From assembly GCA_963822965.1 (NCBI GenBank), contig CAWGJT010000005.1, positions 1,376,001-1,440,000 on the forward strand: a stretch of DNA of 64,000 nt. The letters are read 5' to 3'. The position numbers and the translations under genes are program-made. The notes below the pieces were generated by a model that saw nothing but the letters and a program-made list of their open reading frames with translations, did no database searches and had not been told where the DNA came from. The stretch is from an uncultured delta proteobacterium (lineage in GTDB: Bacteria; Myxococcota_A; UBA9160; UBA4427). Positions 51,693 to 61,944 of the stretch are shown in pieces (position 1 is the first letter of the stretch; every line of letters starts with the position of its first letter).

Positions 51693-52427
51693 CTAGCGCG
51701 CCACCCGGGCTCGCTTACGGTGTCCCGGCCGCGAGAGCGCGGCGAGGACCGCGAGTGACGTCACGGCGAGAAGGGCCGCATCGGGCTCGGGCGCGAGCTG
51801 CCAGTGGAAGACCGCCGTGGACTCGTCCGAGGCGCTGGTCACTCCGCTTCCGCTGATGCTCAGCCCCGCGTGCATGCGCACCGACACGGCCTGGACGACC
51901 TGCGGCTCGAGGTCGATCTCGAGGACGCCGTCGAAGTCCGGGAACTGCACGGTTCCTCCCGTCGGCGTGACCAGGGAGAGGCTCATGCCTTCGTCGTGCG
52001 CGTACTCGATCCGCAGGACCGATGGAACCGCCGGCGCCAGCTCCAGCGTCCACAGATCGATGCTGGAGCCCGTGCTCGCGAAGACATGTCGGCTGCCGTC
52101 GCTGTCGATCGCGTAGCCGGTCGTGACGGATACCGAGCCGCTCGTCTCGTCGCCCTCGCCGACGGCGTACTGGCTCGCGCTCGCGCTCGTCGGCCCGTCC
52201 GTCGCGAGCGCGTCGGCGTCGAGGACCAGCGGGGCCGCGAGGGGCAGCGCCCCCTCGACCGCGAACGCCTGCTCGTCGACGCCTTGTCCAATCGCCGCCG
52301 CGAGGCCGCACGCGAGCGTCAGGCTCGGCGCCTCCGCCTGGGCCTCTGCCCCGGCCAGGGCCAGCAGGAGGCCGAGCAGCCCCGCCCAGACGGGGGTAGC
52401 GAGCCGTTGCCGGGTGCCATGCGCCAT
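51693..52427 (-). CDS. PEP-CTERM secreted protein
   Basis: Signal peptide; APEP-TM-basic tail. Confidence 0.75.
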   Translation of the reverse strand: MAHGTRQRLATPVWAGLLGLLLALAGAEAQAEAPSLTLACGLAAAIGQGVDEQAFAVEGALPLAAPLVLDADALATDGPTSASASQYAVGEGDETSGSVSVTTGYAIDSDGSRHVFASTGSSIDLWTLELAPAVPSVLRIEYAHDEGMSLSLVTPTGGTVQFPDFDGVLEIDLEPQVVQAVSVRMHAGLSISGSGVTSASDESTAVFHWQLAPEPDAALLAVTSLAVLAALSRPGHRKRARVAR

Positions 52428-52533
52428 GGCCTCCGTAGCGGCAGCGGCGGCCTCCTTCCTGAGCGGATCCGGCGGGCGAGCCCCGATCCGGCCTAGAGCG
52501 TGGCGATCAGGGGGCGATCAGCAGGCTAACGAC

Positions 52534-52686
52534 GCCCCGCCGCTGGGACCCCGGAGGGCGATTGACATAAGGCTCCTAGACCATAGGACGAACAAGCCCG
52601 GTTCTGAGTTGAAGTCCGGGTAGTGGCCTTATGTCAAGCCCCTGCGGGTGGCGGGCGGCGGGGCCCTCCGGGGTCCCGGCGGCGGG
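52534..52686. repeat. back-to-back repeat copies: inverted half (52534-52578) and forward copy with two tandem right arms (52582-52686)
   Basis: ...GGCGATTGACATAAGGCTCCTA-GAC-CATAGGACGAACAAG...TTATGTCAAGCCCCTGCGGGTGGCGGGCGGCGGGGCCCTCCGGGGTCCCGGCGGCGGG. Confidence 0.9.
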
Positions 52687-52869
52687 CGGGAGGTGCTGCA
52701 GCTCCTCGCGGAAGGTCACACCGCCAAGGACATCGCGGCGCGGCTCCACGTGAGCGTGAAGACGGTGGGGACCCACCGCGAGCACCTGATGACGAAGCTC
52801 CACGTCGGCAGCCTGGCGGGCCTGACGAAGCTCCCGATCCGGGAAGGGCTGACCACCGCGGAGGAGTGA
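52687..52869 (+). pseudogene. LuxR/NarL HTH C-terminal fragment
   Basis: REVLQLLAEGHTAKDIAARLHVSVKTVGTHREHLMTKL; starts at the repeat. Confidence 0.85.
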
Positions 52870-53079
52870 GCCCCGGGGCCGGGGTGCTTCGTTGCGACCA
52901 CGCTGGTCGGCGGGCCGCGGGCGTGCGGGTCCGCGTCTCGAGGCGCGGCCCGGTGGACGGGGCCGACCGGGCAGGGAGAGGAAGGTCCCCGTCGGCGCGA
53001 CCGATCCTGGCCGCGTCGCGGAAGCAGACGAGGCCCCGACCGAACGAGACAGCCCCGTCGTGTTCCGGACGGCCCTCGC

Positions 53080-53928
53080 CTACCGCAGCGGCAGGTCGAT
53101 GTGCAGGCCGGTCGATTCCTCGACGTTCTGTCGCGCCGCCTCCAGAGCCGTCCGCGCGAAGGCGCTGTACGAGCTGCGCCCCTCCCACATGTCGTTGATC
53201 TGACGACGAAAGAACTCGAGGCTCTCGCGCGTGGCGGTCGCGGCCTGGCTCAGGATCTGCGAGAAGACCGTCTTCGCGTTGAAGTACGCCAGCTGCCGCT
53301 GGGCCACCAGCTGCTCGCGCACGTTGAGTCCGAGCAGCTGACACGAGTAGCGGGCCTCCTCGCTGACCGGCTTGATCGTACCGTCCTCGTTGAACTCGAA
53401 GTGTTGGCTCGGATCGAAGCCGCTCGAAGACGGGTCGAGCAGCAGCGCCTCCTCCGGCGGCAGCGGGTCTCCCGGCAGCACCGCGCGCGGGCCTCGGACG
53501 TCGAAGAACTCGGCCTTGCCGGCCTCCACCCCCTCGTCGCCGTGGCGCCGGCGCCGGTTGCAGTCGATGCACGAGGGCAGCAGGTTGCTCCAGTCGTAGG
53601 CGAGCCACCAGTAGCCCGGATGCTCGATGTCCTCGCCGTGGATCCGCACCTTGACGACCTTTCCGGGCAGCTCCCGAATGCGTCCCTTCGGCCGATAGTG
53701 CTCGACGTCGCCGGGCTGGTTCGCCGTGATCACGCACTCGCAGTACGCGCACTTCTGGTGGAAGAGCTCGAGCAGGAAGGGCTTGGCGGCCTTGTAGAGA
53801 TCGTCCGTCAGCTTCACCTCGTCGCCCGGTTGATATCCGTCGATCAGGCGCTCCATGGCCTCGCTCGCCCGCTGGCTCCAGGCTTCAAAGCGATCGTCGG
53901 TGAGATTGGTGCGCTGGATCGGAATCAC
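53080..53928 (-). CDS. HNH endonuclease (PtuB/retron-effector-like)
   Basis: KCAYCE, DVEHYRPK and YWWLAYDWSNLLPSCIDCN motifs; GTG start overlaps the ATPase stop. Confidence 0.88.
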   Translation of the reverse strand: MIPIQRTNLTDDRFEAWSQRASEAMERLIDGYQPGDEVKLTDDLYKAAKPFLLELFHQKCAYCECVITANQPGDVEHYRPKGRIRELPGKVVKVRIHGEDIEHPGYWWLAYDWSNLLPSCIDCNRRRRHGDEGVEAGKAEFFDVRGPRAVLPGDPLPPEEALLLDPSSSGFDPSQHFEFNEDGTIKPVSEEARYSCQLLGLNVREQLVAQRQLAYFNAKTVFSQILSQAATATRESLEFFRRQINDMWEGRSSYSAFARTALEAARQNVEESTGLHIDLPLR

Positions 53929-56900
53929 GTCTCGGCCTCCTCGGTTCGGGCGTCGGGCGGCGCCTCGCTCTCCGATGGCGCGGCCGGCGCCGCCTCGCTC
54001 TGCGACGGGGCCACCGGCCGCGCCTCGCTCGCGGGGGCGGCGCCGAGGCGGGCCTGGAGCATCTCGACAGCCTCCCTCGAAACGGCCCCCAGGTCGTGAT
54101 CGATCTGGACGCGGATCTCGTTCATGCTCTGGCGCTCGGCGACGGTCGGCCCGTAGTTGAGCAGCCGCAGCTGCCCCGAGAGGCGCTGCAGCTCGCTCTG
54201 CTCGTCGTCGCTCAGCGACCCCTTCTCGTAGAGCTCGAAGTAGCGCTCGATCGTCTGCTCCGCCTCGACGCTCCGGGTCGTCTCGAGCGAGAAGACCGAG
54301 CTGACCAGGATGTCCTCGGCCTTCTGACCGGAGACGTCCTCGGGCGGCACGCGCGCCTCCATCTCGCCCGTGTCCTCGTTCGGGGCGACGACCCGCAGCT
54401 CCGCGTGCGCGACGGCGCCCGCCAGCAGCGGCGAGTGCGACGACGCGATGATCTGGACGTTCGGGAAGTTCTCGCGGGTCAGCGTCACCAGCTGGCGCTG
54501 CCAGCGCGGGTGGAGGTGCGCGTCGATCTCGTCGATCAGCACGATCGCGGGCTCGTGCTCCGGGCTCTCCGAGTGCGGGTACACGTCGTAGAGGCGCTCG
54601 AGCAGCACGCCGATCCAATTGAGGATCGAGCTCATGCCCTGGCTCACGCTGGCAAACGGCACCTCGATCGAGCCGGTCTTGACCATGACCTGCCAGGTCT
54701 TGGGGTCGACTCGGGAGTACTCGAGGCCGCCCCCCGGCACCATGTCCTGGACGAGCGTCCGGAACGTCCGGAACATCTTCGCCGCGCGGCCGTTCGGCTC
54801 CTTCTCGGCACGGAGCGCCGTGTTGACGACCCACTGCTGCAGGTTGTCGAGACGCGTGTCGACCACACCCGCCAGCAGCGGCGCCACGTCGTCCACCGAG
54901 GGATCGGGGGCCGCCATCTGGGTCGGCCCCCGCACCTGCGTGGTCGTCACGCCCCGCAGCGCCGGAAACGCCAGCACCAGGAGCTGGCCGGCCTGCAGCG
55001 CCGTGGTCTGCGGCGAGCGGACCAGCACCGCCTGCTGGTCGCGCACGAGGTTGGTCATGATCCGCGTGGTGCCGATCCCGAGCTCGATCGTGCCGGCGTC
55101 CGCGCCGCTTCGCAGCAGCTGCTGGGCCGCCGACACCGCACGCGGATCGTTGCCGGCGAGCGCCAGCGCGACGGCACGCAGGATGGTGGACTTGCCCCCG
55201 CCGTTGTCGCCGAGCAGGAGCGTCCAGCCGGGCGTGAGCTCGAGCTCGAGGCTGCGAAAGAGCCCGATCGACTCGAGCTTCAGGCTCGTGAGGCGCGAGT
55301 TGCGCAGCGCGAGCCCAGCGCCGCCGGTGCCCGTCTTCCCGCTCGCGGTCGGGCCGTGGCCGGCCAGGGTGTCGACCGCCGTCACCAGCTCGTGGTAGTC
55401 CGGGCTCGGCCGGTAGGGAAGCAGTGTCACACCGAAGCGCTGGCCGAGGCCGGCCGCCCACAGATCCTGCCCCGCGCCCGCCGGTACGACGGCGAAGTGC
55501 CGGCGGTCTTCGGACTCGAGCTGCGCAGGCAGGCGGATCAGGAATTGCTCGAGCCCGTGCAGGCTGAACCCCAGGAAGAGCAGCGTCCGGGTCGAGAAGA
55601 GCGCCGCGATCGAGCGCTCGAGCTCCGGCGCCCGCGCGAGCATCAGGCGGTACTCGCGCTCCGTCAGCACCACGCCTTCCGGAAGCTGGAGATCGCCCAT
55701 CGGCTTGAGCAGCGCGAGCTTTCCGGCGCGCAGCGCCTGCGAGATGCCGTCGGGGCGCGCCGGTCCGAAGGTCTGGACCTCCCGACCGTCGAGCGCGCGC
55801 GCCATTAGGTCGTCCCAGTTCGTGTCGACCACCGCGGGCACCGGCAGCCGTGCGAGCAGCTCGTGGAGCCGGGCCGGTCGGGCCCCGCTCCCGATCAGCT
55901 CCGCACGGAGCGCCGCCAGAACCTTGTCGCGACCGACCAGGTACAGGATCGGCTCGATCGCGGAGTCGGCGCCCTCGCTCGCGATCTTCGCGCGCAGCGC
56001 CTGACGCTGGGCCTCCGGGATCCCGTCGGAGCAGCGGTCCAGCACGTCGAGCCACAGCGAGCGGCTGGTCGGCAGACCCGACTGTGCGGACGTGCCGGGC
56101 CCCAGCACCAGCACCATCTCGCGGCGCTCGAGGGCAGCTAGCACCTCGTGGGGCAGCTCCGGAGGCGAGGTCTCCTCGCCCGGCGCGGTCGAACCCGCCT
56201 CGTTCGCGCCGACGCGCCCCAGCTCGCTGACGCGCTGCCGCTCGACCTGGACGGTGTACTCGAGCTGGCGGATCTGCTGCTGGGACCGGCGTCGGAAGAC
56301 CTGGACCAGGATCGCGGCGACGAAGAGGGCCGCCACCGCGAAGACCCCGATCGCTCGGGCACGCGGATCGTCGACGAACGCCCGGAATTTCTCCGCCTCG
56401 GGATACGCGAGGTACTCGACGGTGGTCGAGGCGATCTCGCGGCGATCGAGCGCGCTGTACACCGAGAGCGTGACGTCGGCGGACGATTCGAGGGAGTAGG
56501 GGGCCTCGACCATGAGGGTGACGCCGAACTTGTCGCGACGCGCGGGCTCGATCGTGGAGGAGCCCGCGGACGGTCCGGCCTTCGCCGCGCCCGAGGCCAG
56601 CGCGTCGGCCTCCTCGCGTGGCGTCGCCCGCTCCGCATCGAGGTACACCTCGAGCACGCGGATCAGCTCGCTCTGGGGGATCGGCGTGGCGAGCGCGACC
56701 GTGAGGGTGACCATCACCGGACCACCGGGACGGAGAACGGTCGGGCTGACCCGGTCGATCGTCGCCGATTCGACGTACACCACGGCGCCCCGCGGAGGGG
56801 GCGTGCTTCCGCGAAGCCCTGACGATGGGCTGGAGCCCGTCGGCTCCTCGATCGGCGCCGCGGCCGGCGCTTTCTCCTGGCGCTTCGGCGGTGCGACGTT

Positions 56901-57080
56901 CGACGCCGACCCGATGGGCGACGAAGGCGACTTCACGCGCGACGACCTCGACGGCGACACCTCCGAGGTCGATTCCGACCCCGAGCTCGTCGAGTCGGGC
57001 CTCGCGGCCAGCGCCATCGGCGAGACGAGCGCCGATGCCGCCAGCGCGAGAACGGCTCCGATCACGCGCGCGCGACACAT
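53925..57080 (-). CDS. signal peptide + TM + SIR2-like + PtuA-like ABC/AAA ATPase fusion (~1051 aa)
   Basis: LVLGPGTS..SGLP, DTNWD, LFLGFSL (SIR2-like); GDNGGGKST, SQG and LIDEIDAHLHPRWQ (ATPase). Confidence 0.82.
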   Translation of the reverse strand: MCRARVIGAVLALAASALVSPMALAARPDSTSSGSESTSEVSPSRSSRVKSPSSPIGSASNVAPPKRQEKAPAAAPIEEPTGSSPSSGLRGSTPPPRGAVVYVESATIDRVSPTVLRPGGPVMVTLTVALATPIPQSELIRVLEVYLDAERATPREEADALASGAAKAGPSAGSSTIEPARRDKFGVTLMVEAPYSLESSADVTLSVYSALDRREIASTTVEYLAYPEAEKFRAFVDDPRARAIGVFAVAALFVAAILVQVFRRRSQQQIRQLEYTVQVERQRVSELGRVGANEAGSTAPGEETSPPELPHEVLAALERREMVLVLGPGTSAQSGLPTSRSLWLDVLDRCSDGIPEAQRQALRAKIASEGADSAIEPILYLVGRDKVLAALRAELIGSGARPARLHELLARLPVPAVVDTNWDDLMARALDGREVQTFGPARPDGISQALRAGKLALLKPMGDLQLPEGVVLTEREYRLMLARAPELERSIAALFSTRTLLFLGFSLHGLEQFLIRLPAQLESEDRRHFAVVPAGAGQDLWAAGLGQRFGVTLLPYRPSPDYHELVTAVDTLAGHGPTASGKTGTGGAGLALRNSRLTSLKLESIGLFRSLELELTPGWTLLLGDNGGGKSTILRAVALALAGNDPRAVSAAQQLLRSGADAGTIELGIGTTRIMTNLVRDQQAVLVRSPQTTALQAGQLLVLAFPALRGVTTTQVRGPTQMAAPDPSVDDVAPLLAGVVDTRLDNLQQWVVNTALRAEKEPNGRAAKMFRTFRTLVQDMVPGGGLEYSRVDPKTWQVMVKTGSIEVPFASVSQGMSSILNWIGVLLERLYDVYPHSESPEHEPAIVLIDEIDAHLHPRWQRQLVTLTRENFPNVQIIASSHSPLLAGAVAHAELRVVAPNEDTGEMEARVPPEDVSGQKAEDILVSSVFSLETTRSVEAEQTIERYFELYEKGSLSDDEQSELQRLSGQLRLLNYGPTVAERQSMNEIRVQIDHDLGAVSREAVEMLQARLGAAPASEARPVAPSQSEAAPAAPSESEAPPDARTEEAET

Positions 57081-57133
57081 GTCCGACCGCCGGTGGGCGT
57101 CGGGAGTCTCGCCGCCGCTGCCCATTCCGCCCC

Positions 57134-58471
57134 TCACACCTTGATCGTCGTCACGTTGCACATCTCGGCCTTCTTGAGATCGGTCGTGCTCAGAAGGTCG
57201 GTCTCCGTCTTGAGCGCCTCGAGCAGCGTCTTCCGCGGCACCTCGGTGCGCTTCTTCGTCGTGCCGTGCTTGCCGGGCATCGTCGAGATCATCGTCTCGA
57301 GCCGCCGGCCTTTCGCGGCGCCGCGCTTCGCGAACTTCTCCCAGAGCAGCTGCTTCGGCGTCGCGTTGCGGCTGCCGTGGTGGCCGACCTTGTAGAAGTC
57401 GACGCCGGCCAGGAGCTTCTGCGTCGCCTTGTGGTCGGGCGCGTCCTGGAGCGCGTAGCTCCAGTTCTCGATCTGCGCGTCGCCGGGGAAGAGGAGCTTC
57501 TTCTTCCCGACCTCGAAGAGGAGGATCAGGCTCGTGTTGTTCATCTGATCGTCGAGGATGCGGACGATCTCGAGCAACTGCTCGTTGGAGAGGACCGAGA
57601 GCCGATCGCAGAACCAGCGCGCCTCGACGGGCAGCGTGGCGCGACGCTTGCGGCCCTTCACGGCGCCCACGTCGAGGGCGCCCAGCCGGCCCACGGCCCT
57701 GGCGCCGCCGATCAGCTGCCAGAACTGGTCGGGGTCGCTCGAGCGCATCTTCTTGATCTTCTCGGTCTGGGTCAGATCCGGCGGGCCGAGTACCCGGACC
57801 TTTACACCGGGCAGGAGCCGCTGGAGGCTCGTCTTCGCGCCGTGGTGCAGCCACTCGGGCTTCGAGGCCTTGCCCATGGCGATCAGGTTCTCGACGGCGG
57901 ACTTGTTCGCGATGTTGTCCTCGCCGAGGAAGCGCAGCTGCTTGACCGTCGCCTCCGACATGCTCCGCGGCGGGTTGCGCGTCATCTGCTCCACGGCCGC
58001 CGCGATGTCGCCCATCGCCGAGAGTCCCGCGACGAAGCTCTTTCGGCTGCGGCTGGAGTCGCGAGTCGCCTGCTTCGCGTCCCTCTTCGCGCCGGGGTCC
58101 TCGGTCCAGGGCTGGAGCACGAGCTTCGGCTTGCACGCGGCGATGATCTGGCCCGAGCGCCCCGACCTCGTATCGGTCGCGAAGCCGCTGATGTGGTCGG
58201 CGTGACGATGGGTCGCCACCACGGCGGTGAGCCGGCCGCCGCAATCGTTCTGGATCTCCTTGGCGACCGCCGGCATGTGCTTGGAGGGCTTCAGGCCCTT
58301 CGGCAGCCCGGTGGTGCCGAAGTCGATCAGGACGTGGCGCTTGTCCTTCGATCCGTAGACGAACGACATCAGGAAGCAGTCGCCGAACCCGACCTGGTAG
58401 CTCCGGATCTCGACGGACTGGGGCTTCTTCGCGGTCTTCTTCGACGACTTCTTCGAGGACTTCTTCGCCAT
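57134..58471 (-). CDS. ComEC/Rec2-like metallo-beta-lactamase-fold hydrolase
   Basis: VGFGDC, THRHADH, NNTS, GDAQ and KVGHHGS motifs. Confidence 0.85.
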   Translation of the reverse strand: MAKKSSKKSSKKTAKKPQSVEIRSYQVGFGDCFLMSFVYGSKDKRHVLIDFGTTGLPKGLKPSKHMPAVAKEIQNDCGGRLTAVVATHRHADHISGFATDTRSGRSGQIIAACKPKLVLQPWTEDPGAKRDAKQATRDSSRSRKSFVAGLSAMGDIAAAVEQMTRNPPRSMSEATVKQLRFLGEDNIANKSAVENLIAMGKASKPEWLHHGAKTSLQRLLPGVKVRVLGPPDLTQTEKIKKMRSSDPDQFWQLIGGARAVGRLGALDVGAVKGRKRRATLPVEARWFCDRLSVLSNEQLLEIVRILDDQMNNTSLILLFEVGKKKLLFPGDAQIENWSYALQDAPDHKATQKLLAGVDFYKVGHHGSRNATPKQLLWEKFAKRGAAKGRRLETMISTMPGKHGTTKKRTEVPRKTLLEALKTETDLLSTTDLKKAEMCNVTTIKV

Positions 58472-58474
58472 GGC

Positions 58475-60373
58475 TCACCACCCCTGCTCGGGAAAGTGGC
58501 GCGCGTCGATCGCGCGCTGTCGATGCAGGGCCGAGAGGCGTGCCGGGCTGAGCCGCGCCTCCTTGGCCTCGACGCGGATCAGCCCGGTCTCCCAGAGATA
58601 CGCGAGGCGCTCGGTCTGTCGCGAGCCGAAGACGTCGTTGTGGACGTGGTACTTGAGCTTCCCGTACTCGTCGAAGATCAGGGCGCCGCCGCCGTAGACC
58701 GGCGTCGTCGGCTCGGTCACCGGCTCGTCGCCGCTTCCGTTCTCGTCCGCGTCGTTGGCCCCGGCGCTCTTCAGCCGCTTCTTGCGGCGCTGGTCGGCGG
58801 CGCGTCGCTCGGCGCGCAGGGCATCGAGGTATTTCTCGGGGAGGTCGATCATCTTCGCCTTGGCCTCCGCCGGGGTCAGGCGCGCCACCTGGTAGTACTG
58901 AGCCACGGTCTCGTGCAGCGCGAATCCGTCGGGCCCGATGCGGATGCAGGGCCGCACCGTCAGTACCTCGGTGTAGGCTCCCTCGCGCACGTCGAGGGCA
59001 TCCCGGTTCTCCCAGAGGAAGCGGAAGACCTCGTCGCGGTCGCTCCGCATCGAGTCGAAGCGCACGCGGCCGTACTCGAGGCCCTGGGGCGCACGCTCCC
59101 ATACGCCCTCCGGATCCCTTCGCTTCGAGGTGGGCTCGATCCCGTAGGCGCGGAACGAGGCCAGCATGTGCTCGCGCAGGTGCCAGCGCCGGTCGTCCGG
59201 CCAGACCTCCATGTCGGCGGTCAGCGCGGCGCTCAGTGCGTCGCCGAACTCGAGGTGCACGGGCGGCATGTAGTCGAGCGCGCGGATCCAGACCGTGGAC
59301 AGGATCCCAGCGATGTCCGAGCCCTCCTCGGCCACGCGCGCGATCGAGTGGAGCCTCTGGCCCGGGACCTTGGCGGCCTGCACCCGGGCCGTCCACGCCT
59401 CGAGGAAGGCGTTCATCACGGCGGCCACGAGGATCTCGCCGCGACGATGCGGCTCCTGGAACTCGGGATCGGTGATCCAGGACCGGCTCGGCAGAATCTT
59501 CGCGCTGCGGCGGAGCGCTTCGCCCCGCACCATCTGTATCGCTTCGCCCATCTGCTCGGCGAGGCCGAAGAGCGCGGTCTCGCGCAGGGCGTCGGCGGTG
59601 ACGTCGCTGTCCTTCAGGTACCCCTTCGGCCGTGTCCGTGTCTCCGGGAGCCGGAGGAGCTCGGTCAGCAGCTCCTCCTGCGTGAACACCGAGAGCAGCG
59701 CCACGATGTCGGCGAAGCCCTCGTGGAAGGCCGCCTGGTCGGGACCGGAGGGATCGAGATAGCGCTCGCGCAGCGCGTCGATCATCGCGTGCGTGGTCTC
59801 GTGGACGACCACGTCGTGGGAGAGGCAGGTGTGGACGTTCCGGCCGTCGGGCCCCGGGAAGTAGCCCAGCACGAGGCCCTCGCCCTCGCGCGAGTAGAAC
59901 GCGTTGGCGTCCATCACGCCGTGCGGGGCGACCTTCAGCTGGTGCACGCCGAACGACCAGCCGATGCGGCGGCCCAGCGCGAACTCGAAGCGGGCCAGCG
60001 TCTTCATCACCAGCGCGTAGGCGTTCTGCGCGTGGAAGCGGTAGTCGTCGACGATCTTGTCGGCACCTTTGCTCCAGGCCTTCGGCTCCGCTGCGTAGGA
60101 GGCCGGCAGCGCGTGGGCCCCGTGGTAGTCGGCCGAGCTGGCGTCGTAGTCGACCACCTGGACCCGGTATCCGATCGGCCCGGCGACCAGATCCTCGGCC
60201 GGCACCTCGATGGCGGCCATCAGGATGCTGCCGTCCGCCCGCCGCACGCCGGGATCCTGCGCGATCACCGTCATCGGTCGCGTGGCGGGGCGCGGCGGGG
60301 CGGTGGGCGGTGTGCTGGACTGGCCCGACGGTGCAGGCGCGGACGCGGCCGCACGCGCGCTTCGCTTCGCCAT
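58475..60373 (-). CDS. gluzincin (M4/M36-like) metallopeptidase
   Basis: NAFYS, HETTH and FHEGFAD motifs; no signal peptide. Confidence 0.8.
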   Translation of the reverse strand: MAKRSARAAASAPAPSGQSSTPPTAPPRPATRPMTVIAQDPGVRRADGSILMAAIEVPAEDLVAGPIGYRVQVVDYDASSADYHGAHALPASYAAEPKAWSKGADKIVDDYRFHAQNAYALVMKTLARFEFALGRRIGWSFGVHQLKVAPHGVMDANAFYSREGEGLVLGYFPGPDGRNVHTCLSHDVVVHETTHAMIDALRERYLDPSGPDQAAFHEGFADIVALLSVFTQEELLTELLRLPETRTRPKGYLKDSDVTADALRETALFGLAEQMGEAIQMVRGEALRRSAKILPSRSWITDPEFQEPHRRGEILVAAVMNAFLEAWTARVQAAKVPGQRLHSIARVAEEGSDIAGILSTVWIRALDYMPPVHLEFGDALSAALTADMEVWPDDRRWHLREHMLASFRAYGIEPTSKRRDPEGVWERAPQGLEYGRVRFDSMRSDRDEVFRFLWENRDALDVREGAYTEVLTVRPCIRIGPDGFALHETVAQYYQVARLTPAEAKAKMIDLPEKYLDALRAERRAADQRRKKRLKSAGANDADENGSGDEPVTEPTTPVYGGGALIFDEYGKLKYHVHNDVFGSRQTERLAYLWETGLIRVEAKEARLSPARLSALHRQRAIDARHFPEQGW

Positions 60374-61608
60374 CAGCCGACCCCCGAGTCCGGGTACGGA
60401 AACGCCTTGGGCGCCGGCAGCGACGTGTCGAGCCACGAGCGGACCGACGCGTCGCAGACCGCGTAGCCCCAGTTGATGAGCCGCTCCTGGGTCCTCGCGT
60501 CCTTCTCGCCGAGGTCCGTGCCGACGCGGGCGAGCTCGAGCGTCTGCTCGTGCGGACACGGCAGCTTGTCGGGGGCCCGGAACACGTCGATGTCGACGTC
60601 GATGTCCCAGAACGCGCCGAGGCGGTCGCCGTTCTCGAAGGCGTTCATCAGCAGGCGCTTGCGGAGCGCCCGGACCTGGTTGTCCACGACGTCGATCACG
60701 CGCTTGCCGAGGCCGGCCCAGTTTCGGGGCACGTCCTTCTCCGGCTGGAAGGGGGCGCCGGCGTCACTGACAAGCAACGTGCGGAAGCGCTTGTAGGCGG
60801 TCTCGAGCCCGAGATTGTCGTAGACGCCGCCGTCGGCCAGCGAGACCTCGGTGGTAAAGGGCGGCCGCTGCAGGTCGTACTCGCCCTTCCCTCCCGTGTT
60901 CGGCGTGAAATCGCTGTCTTTGAACTCGAAGGTCGCCGGTGCCAGCACCGGCGGAAATGCCGACGAGGCCGCGACCGCGCGGGCGATCGTCACCTTGTCG
61001 GTGTGCCGGTTCTCGCCGACCTTCCAGTCGCGCATGTAGGGCGACATGAAGCGCCACAGCGCCCCGGACTGGAGGTTCGACGCGTTGATGACCCAGCGCG
61101 GCTGGGCGGGAAGCTGGCTCAGCGCCGCCTTCTCGAACAGGTGCTTGTCGTAGGCCTTCGCGAGATGCTCGTTGATGGACCCGGGCATCACGATGTCGGC
61201 CAGCACCTTGATCGCACCCTCGAGCGTCCCCGAGGCGAGCGTGACGCCGGCGAGCGCGCGGATCGGCTTCACCACGGCGCTCTGGTAGGACGCCACCAGC
61301 TTCTCGGGTGTCGAGAAGTCGAGGCTCGTCCACCGAAGACCCAGCATGCCGGATATGATCGAGCCGCCCGAGACGCTCGAGACGCGCTGCAAGGTCCCGA
61401 CCGCCTCGGTCCTTCCGCCCGGAAGCTGGACCGTGCGGTCCCCGGGGCTCAAGAGCCCCAGCTCGAGCAGCCGCCACAGTACACCGGTGTGAAAGAGCAT
61501 CGCGCGGTAGCCACCGCCGGAGAGACAGACGGCGATGCCGTCCTGGAGCCGCTCTTCCTTCTCACCCGGGAGCGGCGAGGCCGGGGCAACGAGGGCCAGG
61601 TCGGGCAT
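60373..61608 (-). CDS. patatin-like phospholipase
   Basis: SGGGYRA, SVSGG, ASSAFP and DGG motifs. Confidence 0.9.
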   Translation of the reverse strand: MPDLALVAPASPLPGEKEERLQDGIAVCLSGGGYRAMLFHTGVLWRLLELGLLSPGDRTVQLPGGRTEAVGTLQRVSSVSGGSIISGMLGLRWTSLDFSTPEKLVASYQSAVVKPIRALAGVTLASGTLEGAIKVLADIVMPGSINEHLAKAYDKHLFEKAALSQLPAQPRWVINASNLQSGALWRFMSPYMRDWKVGENRHTDKVTIARAVAASSAFPPVLAPATFEFKDSDFTPNTGGKGEYDLQRPPFTTEVSLADGGVYDNLGLETAYKRFRTLLVSDAGAPFQPEKDVPRNWAGLGKRVIDVVDNQVRALRKRLLMNAFENGDRLGAFWDIDVDIDVFRAPDKLPCPHEQTLELARVGTDLGEKDARTQERLINWGYAVCDASVRSWLDTSLPAPKAFPYPDSGVG

Positions 61609-61944
61609 GGAGGTTCTCCTGAAGGGTGGGTGGAGGTGGTGCAAAGGCGATGCCGGGGCTTCCGGCGCGTTCTAGGCATCCTCAGAGGCTTCCGCTGTCC
61701 ACGGCGACAGACGGATGTGTCCAATCGATGGACAGTATCTCACTCGAGGGGTGGGTGATCCATTGGTGTGAGGTAGGGGGTTGCAGTCGGTACTCGGCGG
61801 CGTGAGCCTTCCTTCGGGCGTGACAGCGGCGGGGCCGCGAGACGCCGCCGTAGCGGCTACAGCGTGGCGTGGACGGCAGCCCAGGCGTGGCACGGGAGAT
61901 AGGAGACCGAGGGGCCCGTCTCAATGGTGGAGCGGGTGAAAGGA

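Noticed and set aside
53925..59396. 1823-aa and 1332-aa ORFs as giant proteins
   Set aside because: Their N-terminal parts are Arg/Gly/Pro-rich shadow frames over real genes; real starts were placed at 57080 and 53928.
56825..60466. Long plus-strand ORFs antisense to real genes (also e.g. 5971-7692, 42599-44140)
   Set aside because: Typical high-GC antisense shadows with no recognisable motifs.
53080..61608. Retron system
   Set aside because: ATPase and HNH effectors are present, but no reverse transcriptase or msr-msd was recognised in the window.
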